Notes: generated by a model not told the origin, from the letters alone. A stretch of 63,352 nt of DNA, filler included, from Sphacelaria rigidula (GCA_964200075.2; 11 parts of 11 records of this genome joined end to end with filler, not necessarily neighbours in it); one strand, 5' to 3'. Numbered from the whole stretch's first letter, positions 1-12,856 are shown. A program made the numbers and translations.

Positions 1-277
1 GGGGACACCGTCACGAGGCTCCCTGGGTCTTTCGTGCGGATCATTAGTGGAAATTAGACGACGCCAACACCCGACATCACCGAAACATCACGGTTTCGGG
101 TAGAATTTGATCCCCGTGGTAACCGTTTTGAAAATATGATTATCTCATTAGATTCCTGTGTGGATGACGGTTACTACGATTTGAAGCATGCAGAGATTGG
201 GTGAAAATTGGGCTTGGTATTTGTAATTTCGATCTCGGAACAGTTTGAAGGACGCTAATTGGCTGAGACACATTTTC

Positions 278-445
278 GTCCATAGCGCCGCCGCTACGGC
301 CTTGAACAAAAATTCCGGCTATATCGCCCTCTTCGTGTCCCCATTGCGGTCAGTATGATACCATATATGCGACTATTGGGTGCGTATTGCGGAAGACATT
401 TGCTGATGACACATTTTTGGGTGATCACCGTGAACCAGCCTGTAG
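278..445. mobile_element. End of a dispersed DNA-transposon-like repeat (Tc1/mariner-like terminus); second copy at ~28849-29011
   Basis: About 165 bp are near-identical to the start of contig 6, and similarity stops at GTGAACCAGC(C/T)TG+TA in both copies. Confidence 0.55.
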
Positions 446-449
446 ACAT

Positions 450-990
450 ATGACCATTAATATTGCATCCCTACTAAGCCGGGACGGCTCACGCCGGGTT
501 TGTCGGACCAGGCTTACAATCGATCACTAAGCGCTGAGCGCCGTGGTGCGTTCGGCGAGTCGCATGAAGGGTGAGCTGCATCCTGCCAAAATTGTTCGGT
601 CCGAAGTACTGACGATCGTGCACGGTTAGGACAAATCATCACGACCCAAAATCACCAGATTCATGATTTCCTCGGCCCGATTGCCCAAAAGGGAGAAAAA
701 AATTGATCGCTGGTCCAAGGGCTATCCACGCAACTTTGGCGCCATTCTACGTGTCTGGGCTGCGTGTGCCTGGGTTGCAACGCTAAAATAAAGCCTAGGG
801 GTTGATTCGTCACGAGTCGACTCATAATACTAAAACCAAGTAATTTCCAGACGAAGCATTATTTGTCCGACCCTTGCTATTTTGCATTTGGATGATCGTC
901 TAGAGTTGAGTCGCTGCATTTTCTGGTATCGCAACTTCCAGAGGCAACCACAGCTTATATTCTGCCTAATGGCTGTCTCATTTTTCAACC
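450..990 (-). repeat. Diverged copy of the ~300-bp dispersed repeat (R300), split by a ~270-bp insertion
   Basis: 450-610 and ~880-990 match the reverse complement of the two halves of 57155-57455. Confidence 0.65.
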
Positions 991-2105
991 CTGCGTAGCA
1001 TGATCATCTCCTCTGCGCGGAGTTGAGGCTCTTCAGCTCTGCACAATACGATCTCACTCGATCGCCATCATGGTTACCGCAAAAAAGCAGCAACGCGCGA
1101 ACAAAATCGGTGACCTTGTTGCCTAGGTTACGCAGTGAGTGGCGTGGTTTACAGCGTCATTGCCAACCCACGTCAACTCCATAGGAGATCCGGCACTACG
1201 AAGCCGGAATGGAGCACGCCGGGTTTTCGCCGGACCTCCCATGGCTTGGGAGGGGGTAACAGCGATGTTGGCCTATTGGACAGGGCCATTCAGAACCGGG
1301 TATGTGTTCTATTCACTACAGGTGTTGTTGAGGTGGCTGTGTACGCTTCTACATAGGCTCAGTTGACCATCTGTGTTCCAAACTCCATAAGAACCATGAC
1401 GATGTGACTCAAGCATTGTAGTGAAATCGACATCCGAACCACACCAACAAGGATGTCCTGCACGGTTTTGATCATAACAGCGGCAGCAAGACTTGAAACG
1501 GCTGAGCAAAAACGTACCCAGGCCACTGTGTGTTAAATATACCAAAGTTCCAGAAATGCTGGAGCTGTACAACGACTGCGCCCGCTCGTTGAAGATTTGT
1601 GGCTTCTTCTGACATGATCAATAACACCACATTGGTCAAGATTGCATCTGAAACAGAAGGTAGACAGTTTGTATGAATCAAGAGCATTGCAGCGACCACA
1701 TCTGCTGCCGACGTTCCGATGCACACTCGGTCTACGTGGCGAGATATACCGCGACAACGCCGACACGCACCATAGACACGAGTCATGTATCGGTACCGGC
1801 GGGGAAAGTTTTAGTAGATGCTCGCCGGCGTACGAAGGCGAACTGCGGGTGCATAGTCTTAGATAGAGTTTCATCTCCTTACCGGCGTTCTACAATATTG
1901 ACAAAATAGCGGGAGTGTCCCAAAGATCTTCAGCAAACACCGTGCACCCAGAACAGCACCCTTGGAGGTGATGGCAATTATGAGACGCATCATCGGAACA
2001 CAGTCGGCGTGTCGACGGTTTGATGGCTCAAGAGACTTCATCAGCTCCACGGCGGCGAGGGAAGCAACCTTTTGCTTGCCCCAACTCGATAGGTTTCGAG
2101 CGTAT

Positions 2106-2402
2106 GTATTTGTTTTTCTCTCCTCACACTTTCAACACCTCCTCTTCCTAGGGATGAGTCCGTGGACTCAAGGGTCCATCTCTCCCCCGATGCGCGCCTT
2201 TCATTTTGGTCTCGGATTGGGTCAGCACTCCCGCACCGCGTCAACTCACGTCACACAAACCCAGTCGACTACTTTGTTTACTCACGTTCTCACGCTTTCC
2301 ACTGTGAAAATCATACATTACGAATAATAAACCCATCGGGAAATCGAACCCCCTCTCCACTCTAGTGGCGACAGTCAGACCATGACACCACCGGGGCGCG
2401 GC
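2106..2402 (-). mobile_element. tRNA-derived SINE, family B
   Basis: The minus-strand head GCCGCGCCCCGGTGGTGTCATGG...GGGGTTCGATTTCCC has Pol III A and B boxes. The body matches 4965-5272 and 26488-26712, and the 3' end is A-rich. Confidence 0.75.
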
Positions 2403-2479
2403 GGCTGTATTGATGAAGCATTTCTTCACACGCTGGATGAGTCAATATGTGATAAACGTAGCTCGCTCAATGTGTTGAT

Positions 2480-3330
2480 GCGTTGCGTGTTCAATATATT
2501 TTGGCCGAGAAATGTAATGGCACGAGAGACATCAATAGATATCATGTCATCAATATGTCAAGGCTCGCGACATGCTATATATTTCACAGCCTGGACACTA
2601 CAATATGTAATATATATTGCCCGCTTAATATGTCGACGCGTCGGGTGGGTAGTCAATATATATTGGACGAGCAATATGATGGCACGAGAGAGGGTCAGTA
2701 TAAATTGTGCCATCAGCATGTCAAGTCTCGCGACATATAATCTACATCGACCGAACAAAATATCACGTCACGCGCCACCTCAATATCTATTGGCTGAGTT
2801 ACCTGTTGGTAAGATGGGGCACTAATATATATATTTGTCGAGTAATGTATTGGCTGCCACACGAGGTCAATATATATATATATATATATGTTGATGATTC
2901 AATATACTTGACACCCGAAGCGCGAATATATATATTGCCGCCCCAGTATGTCGTGCGTCAATGCGTCCAATATATATGAGCGAACAATACATGAGGGAAG
3001 GGACGATCACAATACATGTCTGTGTAGCAATAGGTATACATTGATTTTCAACATGTAGATTGAAAAGGGTATTGGAATAAGTATGGTGGGCAGTTCTTTC
3101 TTCGCAGGCGCCGTTGAAAGATGTATCATGACATGCCGAAAACGCTCAATATATTCCTCCGCGAGCATGTTCAATATATATTGGCTGCACAACAGCTGTG
3201 TACATACATTGGAAAAGCAATACCTTTGCATGGTTTGCGTTTAAAATACATCATGGTAACGATATGTTACGCATCGTTTTACTTGAAAATAACACAAATG
3301 GACACCTGCCGCAAACACACGATGGCGGGG
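2480..3330. repeat. Large dispersed repeat built from degenerate palindromic CAATATATATTG modules (also 3860-3990, 4360-4900, 58625-59950, 61730-62150)
   Basis: Colinear similarity between contig 1 and contig 11 (2560-3290 vs 58630-59190; 5360-5530 vs 59745-59920), plus internal duplication (2990-3290 vs 4360-4620). Confidence 0.75.
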
Positions 3331-3499
3331 AAGAGTGTCACAAACATATCACCCAAAGGGATTAGAACAATTTGTAGTGGTCACAATATGACCGAATCCT
3401 ACCGTTGGTTCACCAGACTCCCACCATGTCTCGCGCCTCAACTCGTCCATCACTACAGTGATTGTTGATTGGTCTTTGGGTTGGCCAGAAAAGACACAA

Positions 3500-3801
3500 G
3501 GAATTGCTCGTGATGGAAGAAATAGATGACTCGAGCAAACACGAGCAAACGAGTCATACCGCGTGAAAAAGTAAACGACTCGAGCACGAGCACTCGAGTC
3601 CTCGCTCGTTGTGGTGCAAATGAAAAGGGCGAGCACTCGAGCCATTGCTCACTGTGAAACAAATTCATACGGCGAGCACTCGAGTCATTGTTCGTTGTGG
3701 AAAAAATGTCAAGAGCGAGCACTCGAGCCATTGCTCATTGTGTTGTGGAAAAACACCCACGAGTCCACTCGTCTAAACGAGTGATGACTCATCCGACCTG
3801 T
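3500..3801. mobile_element. Transposon end with tandem subterminal repeats (GAGCACTCGAGTCATTGCTCGTTGTG-A-tract); related copy 15720-16242
   Basis: Several ~40-bp degenerate units, both arrays ending in TGACTC(A/G)TCCGAC(C/G)TGTG (reverse complement begins CAC). Confidence 0.6.
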
Positions 3802-3994
3802 GAAGCGTTTCCCAATCTACATGGGCTCCGGCATTCACCGCGTCTGGGTCTTTCAAGTGTACACGATACTTGTCATATCCGATATATATATATTGACCAG
3901 CCAATACATTGGAACCGGAGCGCCAATATATTTTGTCTGCCCAGTATGTCGTGCGTTGATGCATCCAATATATATTGGGCAAGCATTGCGTGTT

Positions 3995-4356
3995 GCGAGT
4001 GTGTTGTGTGTATTGTCATCCCATCTTTTCTGAAGGCGTTCTACACCTTTCGGTATGTGTGGCCGCACCAGCCGGGGTCACACAGGAGGAAGGCCAAGAG
4101 AGGAGTTTCTACCTCTTGTTTGTTTCAGTTCTCCACCGTCCCTCTGCTGTTCTAGCCTTATTTTTTTCATCACGGGAGGGATTCAGCGGTCCCTTTCCCT
4201 CGTCGACCACCAAGTTGACTTTTGTGTACCCACGACATAATCCCTCTCTACTGTTGGGCATTGTATAAGAGCAAATCCCAGGTCTCTCCGAGATTTGAAT
4301 CCACGACCCAACCGTCAGAAGGTTTCGAGGTCACCAACTGAGCCACCAGGGCGAAC
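3995..4356 (-). mobile_element. tRNA-derived SINE, family A, apparently full length (~360 bp)
   Basis: The minus-strand head GTTCGCCCTGGTGGCTCAGTTGG...GGATTCAAATC has A and B boxes. Its 3' region matches 7680-7880 and 34188-34440, and the tail is CA-rich. Confidence 0.8.
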
Positions 4357-4964
4357 AATACGCGAGGCAAGCGACCGTCACAATATACCCACTGATTCAA
4401 TGTAGTTCAATGTGTATATTGGAAATCGTACGGGAATTAGTAGGGTGGTCAGTTTTAGCATCGCGGGCGCCACTGAAAGATGTACGACCAGATGCCGGAA
4501 ACGCTCAGTATATTCCTTCGCCAGCGCGCGCATTACACATTCGAAAAAGAAAAAAATGAACGGTTTGTATTCAATATACACTGTGGCAACACTACTATGC
4601 GCATCGCTTCGTCTCAAGACATGCTGACACTTCGGAACATACACGGCGGGCATGAACAACGCATATTCGATGTTCTGCTCCCAAAGCAAATGCATGTCTG
4701 ATATATTTTGTCACGCATTACTCCACGATCAAGACACGAGAAATATAGCTTCTTGCTTCAATGTCTCCAAGGATATCTCGTGACAGTATGTATTGTGAAG
4801 ACAAACTCACGCTGTTTCCAGTTTAAAGTTGCATCATATTGCGGCCTTTTGTTTTGTCCCGGGTACACGCAACACCATCGGCGACCATAGGGGTACCAGG
4901 AGGCGCATATCGACCCGCGTGTTCTGTCATCGTGGGTCTCAGAAGGGGTCGCCTCCTCCGTCAT

Positions 4965-5272
4965 CGTTTTGTTTTTCCTCACACACTTCGAACTCCTCTC
5001 CTTCCTCGGGATGAGTCCGTGGTCTCAAGGGATCAACCCATCTCTCCCCCGGTGCGCGCCTTTCATTTTGGTTTTGCGGATTGGACCAGCACTCCCGCAC
5101 CGCGTCAACTCACATCACACAGTGCCAGTCGACTACTTTGTTCACTCACGTTCTCACGCTTTCCACGGTGAAAATCATACATACGAAGCAAAATCCCAAC
5201 GCATCGGGAATCGAACCCCCGTCCTCTCCACTCTAACGGCGACAGTCAGACCATAACACCACCGGGGCGCGG
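4965..5272 (-). mobile_element. tRNA-derived SINE, family B
   Basis: Matches 2106-2402 over its full length; B box GGGTTCGATTCCC. Confidence 0.78.
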
Positions 5273-5669
5273 CATATCCTCTGACCAGCGTATATTCGAA
5301 CTCATGCGATAACACCTCCTAGTCATGCACGCGCGAGTTCACTCAAGATGTTACCAACCTACACGGGCTCCGGCACACATCGCGCCTGGGTCTCTATCAG
5401 AGCGTTCGCGACACTTGTATAGCATGGCCTCCGAGGTTGGCCGACGGTTGCAGAGCTGATGGCCCTCCGGGACCGCGGAGTCGGCGATTGCCGGTACACG
5501 GGTTGTCGCCGCAACCCGTTTACGCGGCAAACAAAATCATTGTCCCTAGGGATCCCACAACTGCTCCCATCGTCTGACTTTTTCGAGCCACCATTCCCGC
5601 CATTCGCGTGTTCGGCGAGTCGCATGAAGGGTGAGCTGCATCCTGCTAAGATTGTTCGGCCCGAAGCCT

Positions 5670-5769
5670 NNNNNNNNNNNNNNNNNNNNNNNNNNNNNNN
5701 NNNNNNNNNNNNNTTAATTAATTAANNNNNNNNNNNNNNNNNNNNNNNNNNNNNNNNNNNNNNNNNNNN
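5670..5769. other. Artificial contig linker (N44-TTAATTAATTAA-N44); identical linkers at 11439-11538, 17208-17307, 22977-23076, 28745-28844, 34513-34612, 40281-40380, 46049-46148, 51817-51916, 57585-57684
   Basis: Ten identical 100-bp spacers carry a six-frame stop palindrome. The intervening pieces are 5669 bp (x4) and 5668 bp (x7), i.e. size-sorted contigs. Confidence 0.98.
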
Positions 5770-7246
5770 AAAATGAAGAAAAACTAAGAAGAGCGACGCC
5801 ACGAAAACCGGTGAGAAGTAGCTCCCCCGAGTTCAACGGGGAGAGAAAAGAAAGGAAGAGAAAACAAACAAACAACAAATGCCAGATCTGTCAGAAGTGT
5901 ACACCGAAAGAAAGGAAGAGAGAAGATAATAGAGGACAAAAAAACAGGAGAATACAGGTGATACAAGGAGAGTAGTATGGCCACCATGTTAGGGGTTCAG
6001 CTCAGAAACAAAAAAAAAACAAAAACAACTCCAGACACCCTCATATACGATTACCACAGCTGTTCGGAGAAAAGCAGCAGCGAGTGTACTGCTCGAATGG
6101 ACTACAGGTTACAGGTTTCAGTATAAAAGACTTATCTCCCGCGTGCAGTGAAATATATGCTCTCGTTGACATGCAGCACCCGACTCTGTTTGTGCGCGGG
6201 TGTGTTGAATGCTTATTATTTTACCCGCATACTCACCCGATTTCTTGAACCCGTGGTCACGAACATAGGGTCGCCTTTCTAGTACCGTCACTACTTTTTA
6301 CTTCAACAAGTACTTGATATATATATATATATATATATCGCCGGTAAGGGGTGTCTTTCACGAAATCAACGGCGGCCGAAAAACAAATCAAGATCGAGAG
6401 TACATACAATTCTGTGATTGGTCTGTGGCCCTGAACCGCAACCAAATCCACTTCCGATTTTTCGAGTCGCCGTCGGAAAATTCCAATTGGTCGAAAAGTT
6501 GAAACGCTATTTGTCGAAAGGCGGCGGTATGAAAACGCCGGAAGAGAAACATAGGCACAAACAAGCGGCGACCGAGCAGTCGTCGAGGGTTGAGTGTGTG
6601 TCTTGTCTGTACTATGTTACCACGTTGGGTCTTCTTGTATCGGCCCAGATCAGCCGGTCGAAATTTCAAAGGTGTGTTCTGTAGGGAACGATTTTTGTAT
6701 GCCCGGGGTAATTACCCGAGGGTATTTACTCAAACCCAACAGGTCTGTGAGTCGTGTACGCCTATCAAACCGGTACCCGACAGTTGTGTGGGATTTGCAC
6801 GAAATGGTCGCCTATACCCGGGGCACGGGCATACATACCCTTGTAGATACCTCTTGTTTGCGAGTAAGGCGACAGGTTCTGCAAGTTCTCGAAGACTTCC
6901 ATGGCGGTACCGGACAATCCTGTGAGTTCTATTAGAAATCTCGTTTCCCTACCAAATGTACCCGTACCCCACGGACGGAACATATAAGCATGGAGAGTTC
7001 GATGGTGTGTTCGACAAATGTGAGTTCCTTCGTGGATCCAACCCGTAATATTGAAATCGAGAAAAAAATATCGATTCCGAGCTCGATTCCGATTTCGATT
7101 TCGAGTTCGATTTCATTCCCTTTTTTTTTTTTCCAAGAGTTTTTTGCAAGAGCCCCCCTGTTTTTTTTTCCGTTGGTTACACGCGCAACCAACTCGTCTT
7201 CTGCTTTCTCCATCTTCTCTTACTGTTTTATTTTATTTTATTGCAG

Positions 7247-7830
7247 GTGGCTCTCCCCAGTGCCCTGAACACTATGCGGCCCAGGATCCAGCTGGCCGGT
7301 AAAGGAGCCGATCCGGACACGCCGCCTCTTCCGGTGGTGAAGCCTTCTGAAGGCACGGAGGTCATCGTTATTGCGGGGGAGGTGAGATATATGTTGGAAA
7401 AAAAAATAGGGGGATGATGGATTTGATTGGGCATCATTTTCTTGATTTTACCCCTTTGCCTTTGTCATTGTTTAGTCAAGTTTTTTTTTTTTGTGGTTTG
7501 GTCTTGTTTTGCTCCAATGGTGCTGAGTTGTTGTCTTATTTCTAATCCTATCCAGAATTCTCCTGAGGGCAGATCGTGATTTATTGTTATTGCAGGAAAG
7601 GTGAGGTACGCATGAAACGACAAGAAGGAGCTATTACTCTCTAGAGATTCACTTATATAATGTATGTATGAACCGCTAATAAAGGCAAGTACTGCAGAAG
7701 GAAGGCGGAGTACGAAAAACAAACAAGGAAGAAAAAACTTTCTGTGTTGACCTTCCTCCTGTGTGACCCCGGCTGATGCGCCCACATGCACCTAAAGATG
7801 TAGACCGGCGTTCAGAATAGATGGGACGAC

Positions 7831-7883
<53 letters not shown>

Positions 7884-10800
7884 CCGCTGGAACCAGTACG
7901 ACTAAAATTGTAGAGCGTCGAGGCTTCGCCGGCGGGGTGTTGGAAATACGACTATTTTTCTTCACAACTCGGATGTCTGCCGGCAGGCGCTCGATAGGGT
8001 GTGTCAGAATTTTTATCCAAAAACGAGCAGAAAAGAAGAGGTTGATTCGTGAACATACTCCGACCCTCACGTGAAACTGTTGAGTTTTTATTTGTTGGGT
8101 ATTGCGGATATGGGGTCCTTCAGCGCGTCACCCCCTTACGGGATAAGGATTAATTAGGTAATGAGGTACGAGAGTAGTAAGGGTAGTGAAATGGAGCAAG
8201 ATCGTGATAAAATCACAAGTCTCATGGGGGAGGGGTCGATGAAGTTACGTTAGGGAGTTGTACGAAAAAATAACCTGCATGTGGTGATGAAAATATGACT
8301 GCGTTGTGCAATGAACTATTGAGCTGCCTATTTATCCATATATATTCGTGTGAAGCGAAACGTGGGTGGATGCCCTCGGTGCGTCACCGTCCTTTGTAAG
8401 GTAAGAGGCAAGACCTATGTGAGTATTAAAATGAAGCAGGGCTCAATTCAGTCTGTCTCGTGGGGAGGAGGTGGGTGAAGTCATGACTAAAGAGTTTGTC
8501 CGAGAATCTCACATGTGTACGTGCAAATTATTGCATTGAATCGCTACTGCTTCTATTTTTGTCATCCTATTGGAATGTACAAAGTGACTATATTTTCACT
8601 TGCTCGCCCCCTGAACAGTAGTCGTCTTCTTTGTTTTGGGAATGTTTCATTTTTTTATTTTTTGTCACCGCGTCTGTGTGAATTCTTCTGGGTCCTATTT
8701 TAGCTCTTCATTTTTTATTTCCTCAGACCCTATTTTGGGTGGTTAGCCTGTGACGACGGAAGGCGTCCGCGTCAGATGCCCAGTACAGGGTTCTCCGTAG
8801 GTATTAGAACGGTTTTATGTGGAGACACTAACAATAATGCAGGACAAAAACAATAACAAGTAGTACAACAATCAAGAAAATAACAATAACAACAAGTAGT
8901 ACAGCAGTCCAGAAAATAACTACACCACCAGTATTGCAAGAGGAGAGATGTCACGATCAACCAGCGCGTAACGCCATTGCCCCCCCCCCCCCCCATGCCT
9001 CCTGCCTTCATCGACGCCGCTATTGCCGTCGCCCACAGCTCTGCGACGAGATTTCCCCGATTGAGACAGTGCAGGACTTGTCCATGCTCCACGTCAAGAT
9101 GAAACCTGGGGCGACGGGGTGGGATTACCCTATTCCCCAAGGAAACCAGTGTATGATCTACGTGCGGAGAGGAGACTTGACCATTGTGCCCACGGTGGAG
9201 GGCTACTACGAAGGGGAGGAGGACCGAGGGCCTCAGGTGCGAGTGGATGACGACCGTAAACAGTTTGTCCGAAGGTGCTTGAGGGAAGGGGGCGTGAGGA
9301 TTTCAAATGCCGCGGATTTTGGAATGTTCTTGATGGGTGGCTCAAGTATGGTTGACGAATCATTTATGGGAATTCTGCATCGTGTTTATCGCTAGTGTCT
9401 TCCCCCTGAACAACCAGCTACGTCCAATGCTATGTATGCTATGTATGCTATGTATGTATGTGCAAAAAAACATGCGAGAAAAGGTTCGGTATTCGCACAT
9501 ACGTCCTGTACATCGTGTGTCAACTTTTCATCGAAAACAGCTAAAAATTGAACAGCATAAATGCGTTTGAATTATTCGTACCTGGTCCACCTCCATATAC
9601 TCTAGTAACCGCTTGTCGACGGAATGACGCATGTTCTTCGCTCAATTTTCGATCGTTTTCGATGAAAATTTGACACAATGTACAGGACGTATGTGCGAAT
9701 ACCAAGCTTTCCATCCCCTGTTGTTACTTTTTCTCCTCCGTGAGTCATTGGCGATGGAACACTTCAGAATATATTTTTTCGGAACAGAATTGTCAATATT
9801 TTACAAAAAAAAAAACAGGGAATGGAAGGTTTGGTATTCGCACATACTTCCTGTTCATTGTGTCAGAATTTAACCCTTTGGGAGCTAGACCCCCAGGGAG
9901 TGCTGATTTTTGTTTCGGGTGAATCGCCATCATTTTCAGTCATTTTCAAGTCAAAATGATGCCGATTTACAAAGATTCACAAAACAAGAATCAGCACTTG
10001 AGTTCCCAAAGGATTAATCGAAAACGATTCAAAATCGAGCGAAGAATATGCGTTTCAACATTCCTGGTGGCTTCTTGGGCGGCCCAGCTCGAATACATAT
10101 ATATATATGTATATTTTTTTTCTATATATATTTTTTACGTCTTAGTTTACTATCAATTTGTCGTTTCGTTTTGTGGGTAGATTGAGTATGGCCTCAAATA
10201 CTCTACTCAAATATTGAGTAAGCACTCTCACTATTACCTGGGGGGTCAGTTAGGTGCGACGGCCAATCATCAATCAAATCAAGTATATGCTACGTAGTAT
10301 TTGTCGTTTTTTGTTCATCTTGAGGACAAATTTCATTCCTATGGAATTAATTACTTCATTGATGGTTCAGGCTCAGAGACAGTTTGTGTGTGTGTTTTCC
10401 TAATGAATCAACAAGACTGCACGGTGTATCTATCCCCATGAATCTCGCCTTTCAGTACGACACAGGGCAGTGCAGTAAAGAGCAGCAGAACCCCGAGTAT
10501 ATAGAGATCAGTATGTGTTGAGGGTGAGTTCGGAACATCGTAGTGTAGCACATACTGGACATGGAATTGACATATCGACTCACAAAACCTACCGTGCTGT
10601 ATATGAGCCTCTACCATGAAGTCAGTACAACACCCCATGCTAGCGCCATGAAATACGCAGACCATGACCGTATCGAAGAGAAACCAAACCAAAGAGAAGT
10701 TCTAGCTCTCTCGAGGCTACATTCATGTGATAACCCCACCACTATTATCCCTGCAATGGGGGGTGTCTTCAGCTCATGCAATCCTCGTGTCAGCTTCAAA

Positions 10801-11214
10801 AAGATATACTTCGTACTTCGTAGGCGCCTGCTCTATGCAGTTTGTTTCAGGTCTCTGTTTCTTCGTCGCGTTTCTTCAACTTCAATCAGTATTTCTATCC
10901 CCCCCGTCATACTCCACGCTATTTGTTTGATTGTGTATACCTCTTACCCCCCCTCCCCCCCTCCTCGACCGCGTTCTGCATGCTGTCCTTTCTCTGTTGT
11001 TGACTCTTGTTTCTTCTCGTGTCGCCTCGAACGTATCTTGGTATATCTACATGTATGTCCTGGATACCATGCGGTACTGCAGGAGATCAATCACAGAGAG
11101 GTAGGATACCTTGCCTTCGACGGAGATTGCGCGAGGTTTGAAAATCGAGGTAGGGATCCCCTGGACTTCATGCTCATCGAGGCGGAACCCACCTACGAAA
11201 ACATGGTCATGCGG
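7247..11214 (+). CDS. Pirin-like cupin protein, partial; exons 7247-7381, 9039-9236, 11083-11214
   Basis: Three AG/GT-bounded phase-0 exons splice to VALPSALNTMRPRIQ...LPVVKPSEGTEVIVIAGE|LCDEISPIETVQDLSMLHVKMKPGATGWDYPIPQGNQCMIYVRRG...|EINHREVGYLAFDGD...DFMLIEAEPTYENMVMR. This follows the pirin pattern W-V-x-L-P...V-I-A-G-E...Y-V-x-x-G...F-L-L-x-x-G-E-P-x-x-E. Confidence 0.85.
7556..7600 (+). pseudogene. Decayed partial duplicate of the preceding pirin exon
   Basis: cag|...NSPEGRS*FIVIAGK|gtgag resembles KPSEGTEVIVIAGE|gtgag at 7340-7381 and contains an in-frame TGA. Confidence 0.55.
7680..7880 (+). mobile_element. 3' part of SINE family A ending in a (CA)n microsatellite
   Basis: CCTTCCTCCTGTGTGACCCCGGCTGATGCG...AGATGGGACGACAA matches the 3995-4356 tail and is followed by a long (CA)n run. 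Confidence 0.75.
9479..9872. repeat. Foldback repeat: ~90-bp inverted arms (9479-9568 / 9627-9711) plus a third arm copy at 9826-9872
   Basis: GGTATTCGCACATACGTCCTGTACA vs TGTACAGGACGTATGTGCGAATACC. Confidence 0.7.
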
Positions 11215-11967
11215 GTAAGTTTGATGGCTAGTAGTGTTTGTTGTTTTTGTTCATCCTCCCCTCCCTTGCGCGGTGTGTGCCTGTCTGTGTGTGCGTGTGT
11301 ACGTGTTGTCTTCTGTGTTGCGTTTGTGTGTGTGTATGTTTCATTCCTGGTACATCTTTTCCCTTTTTACGCTTTTTCTCCCCCCCCCCCACTCCGCCGT
11401 CACTCATCCCACTGCCGCCACAGCTCCGGCCTCTCGAGNNNNNNNNNNNNNNNNNNNNNNNNNNNNNNNNNNNNNNNNNNNNTTAATTAATTAANNNNNN
11501 NNNNNNNNNNNNNNNNNNNNNNNNNNNNNNNNNNNNNNCGCCACCACTCTAACATTCTGGCGCTCATTACGTTTCTTCAAAAGCTCATTACTTCGTTTCT
11601 TCCATACATTACACAAGAATCTTTGGCGAGGGGGGGGGGGGCTACGTGTCCGAAATGTTTCTCCGCGCTGCCCCCTGGTCCCACAGCCAAATACCTGGAG
11701 GACGGTATTTGAAGGCGAAATATACACCAACATGCGCCTGGGCGATCAACAGGAGTGATGCAAGACCACATATTTCAGTCCGAGGGCGTTGAGAAAGAAG
11801 ACTTCTGTCATGGTCAAGGGGAAAAGGCGCAATTTTCTCTTGTTCTGTACGCCATTTTGTTGAGTGTGTTGAAGTCGTACATGGATGCCCACATGTACCC
11901 CTGCTGCCGCCATCGCAGCTGCTATTTCTCTGTTCGAACCTAACATTATGCTGATGGCCCTGGCTTA

Positions 11968-12856
11968 GGCCGCTGCTTGTAACAGACAAAAATAACCATC
12001 TGGAAAAGTACCTTTAAACAGAGGATTCTCGGAAATGGGACTGAAAACAAAATGGGCTTTAACTCAAAAGCCGTGCTTCCCCTGACCTAAATTCGTGACA
12101 AATGGCTTTTATATAGACGACCCCATCCCTCCCGACCTGCCCAGAACTATTTCGGGGGAATTCTAGCCTGCCGTTTCCCCAAAGGGTAAGTGCGAAAGCA
12201 TGATTTTTGGGCCAAAAAACGTCCTTTTTTCACCCCGATTCGAGGCAAAAGTGTGCTTTCGCACGTACCGTTTGAGGGAACGGAAGGCTAAAAGTCCCCG
12301 GAAACAGTTTTAGGGGGGTCGGGAGGGATGAGGTCGTCCGCATGAAAGTCATCGGTCATGAATTTAGGTCAGGGAAAGCACGGCTTTCTAGTTGAACCTC
12401 ATTTTTTTCAACCCGATTTGCGAGAATCCACTGTTTTTTTAGCTTCTCCGTCGTTTTACGCCCTAAAGCAGAGCTAGGCGGATTTTGACATCTGGAAAGA
12501 CTTACTCTACTTGTTGAGACGGTTCCAGGACATCTTCGCGTTCAGCGGTGGCCACAGTGTTGATTTTGGCCAAACAAGAATGTTTGTCCAAGAACGGTCA
12601 AGAACGGTCAAATCTAAAATTAACGCCACTTTTCTCTGGAGTTGATCGTTCTTGGACGAAGAATCTTTTTTGGCCAAAATAAAAACTGCGGCCACCGGCT
12701 AACGGGAAGATTTCCTGGAACCGCTTCAACGAGTAGAGCAAGTCATTCCCAAGTGTAAAACTCCGCCTAGCTCTATTTTGGGGCGTTAAAACGACGTTGA
12801 AGCTCTCAAAGGGCACTTTTTCAGATTATTATTTTTGTCTGTTGGAAGCAGCGGCC
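11968..12856. mobile_element. Foldback MITE (outer), GGCCGCTGC...GCAGCGGCC termini, interrupted by a second MITE
   Basis: 11968-12015 plus 12436-12600 are the reverse complement of 12640-12856; flanks tta/gta (PIF/Harbinger-like). Confidence 0.75.
12017..12435. mobile_element. Foldback MITE (inner, ~420 bp, ~185-bp TIRs)
   Basis: Long inverted arms AACAG(A/T)GG...CCACTGTT; independent homologous copy at 31655-32074. Confidence 0.85.

Noticed and set aside
1100..2100. Overlapping Cys-rich ORFs
   Set aside because: No recognisable domain or consistent splice structure; probably decayed TE sequence.
3500..3801. Repeat-spacer-like array of GAGCACTCGAG units (also 15720-16242)
   Set aside because: Intervening bases are short, A-rich and mutually similar, consistent with transposon subterminal repeats.
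5714..5725. TTAATTAATTAA palindrome recurring every ~5.77 kb
   Set aside because: Assembly linker, not a biological periodicity.
10561..11490. 309-aa ORF
   Set aside because: Mostly intronic low-complexity sequence running into Ns; only 11083-11214 is a real pirin exon.
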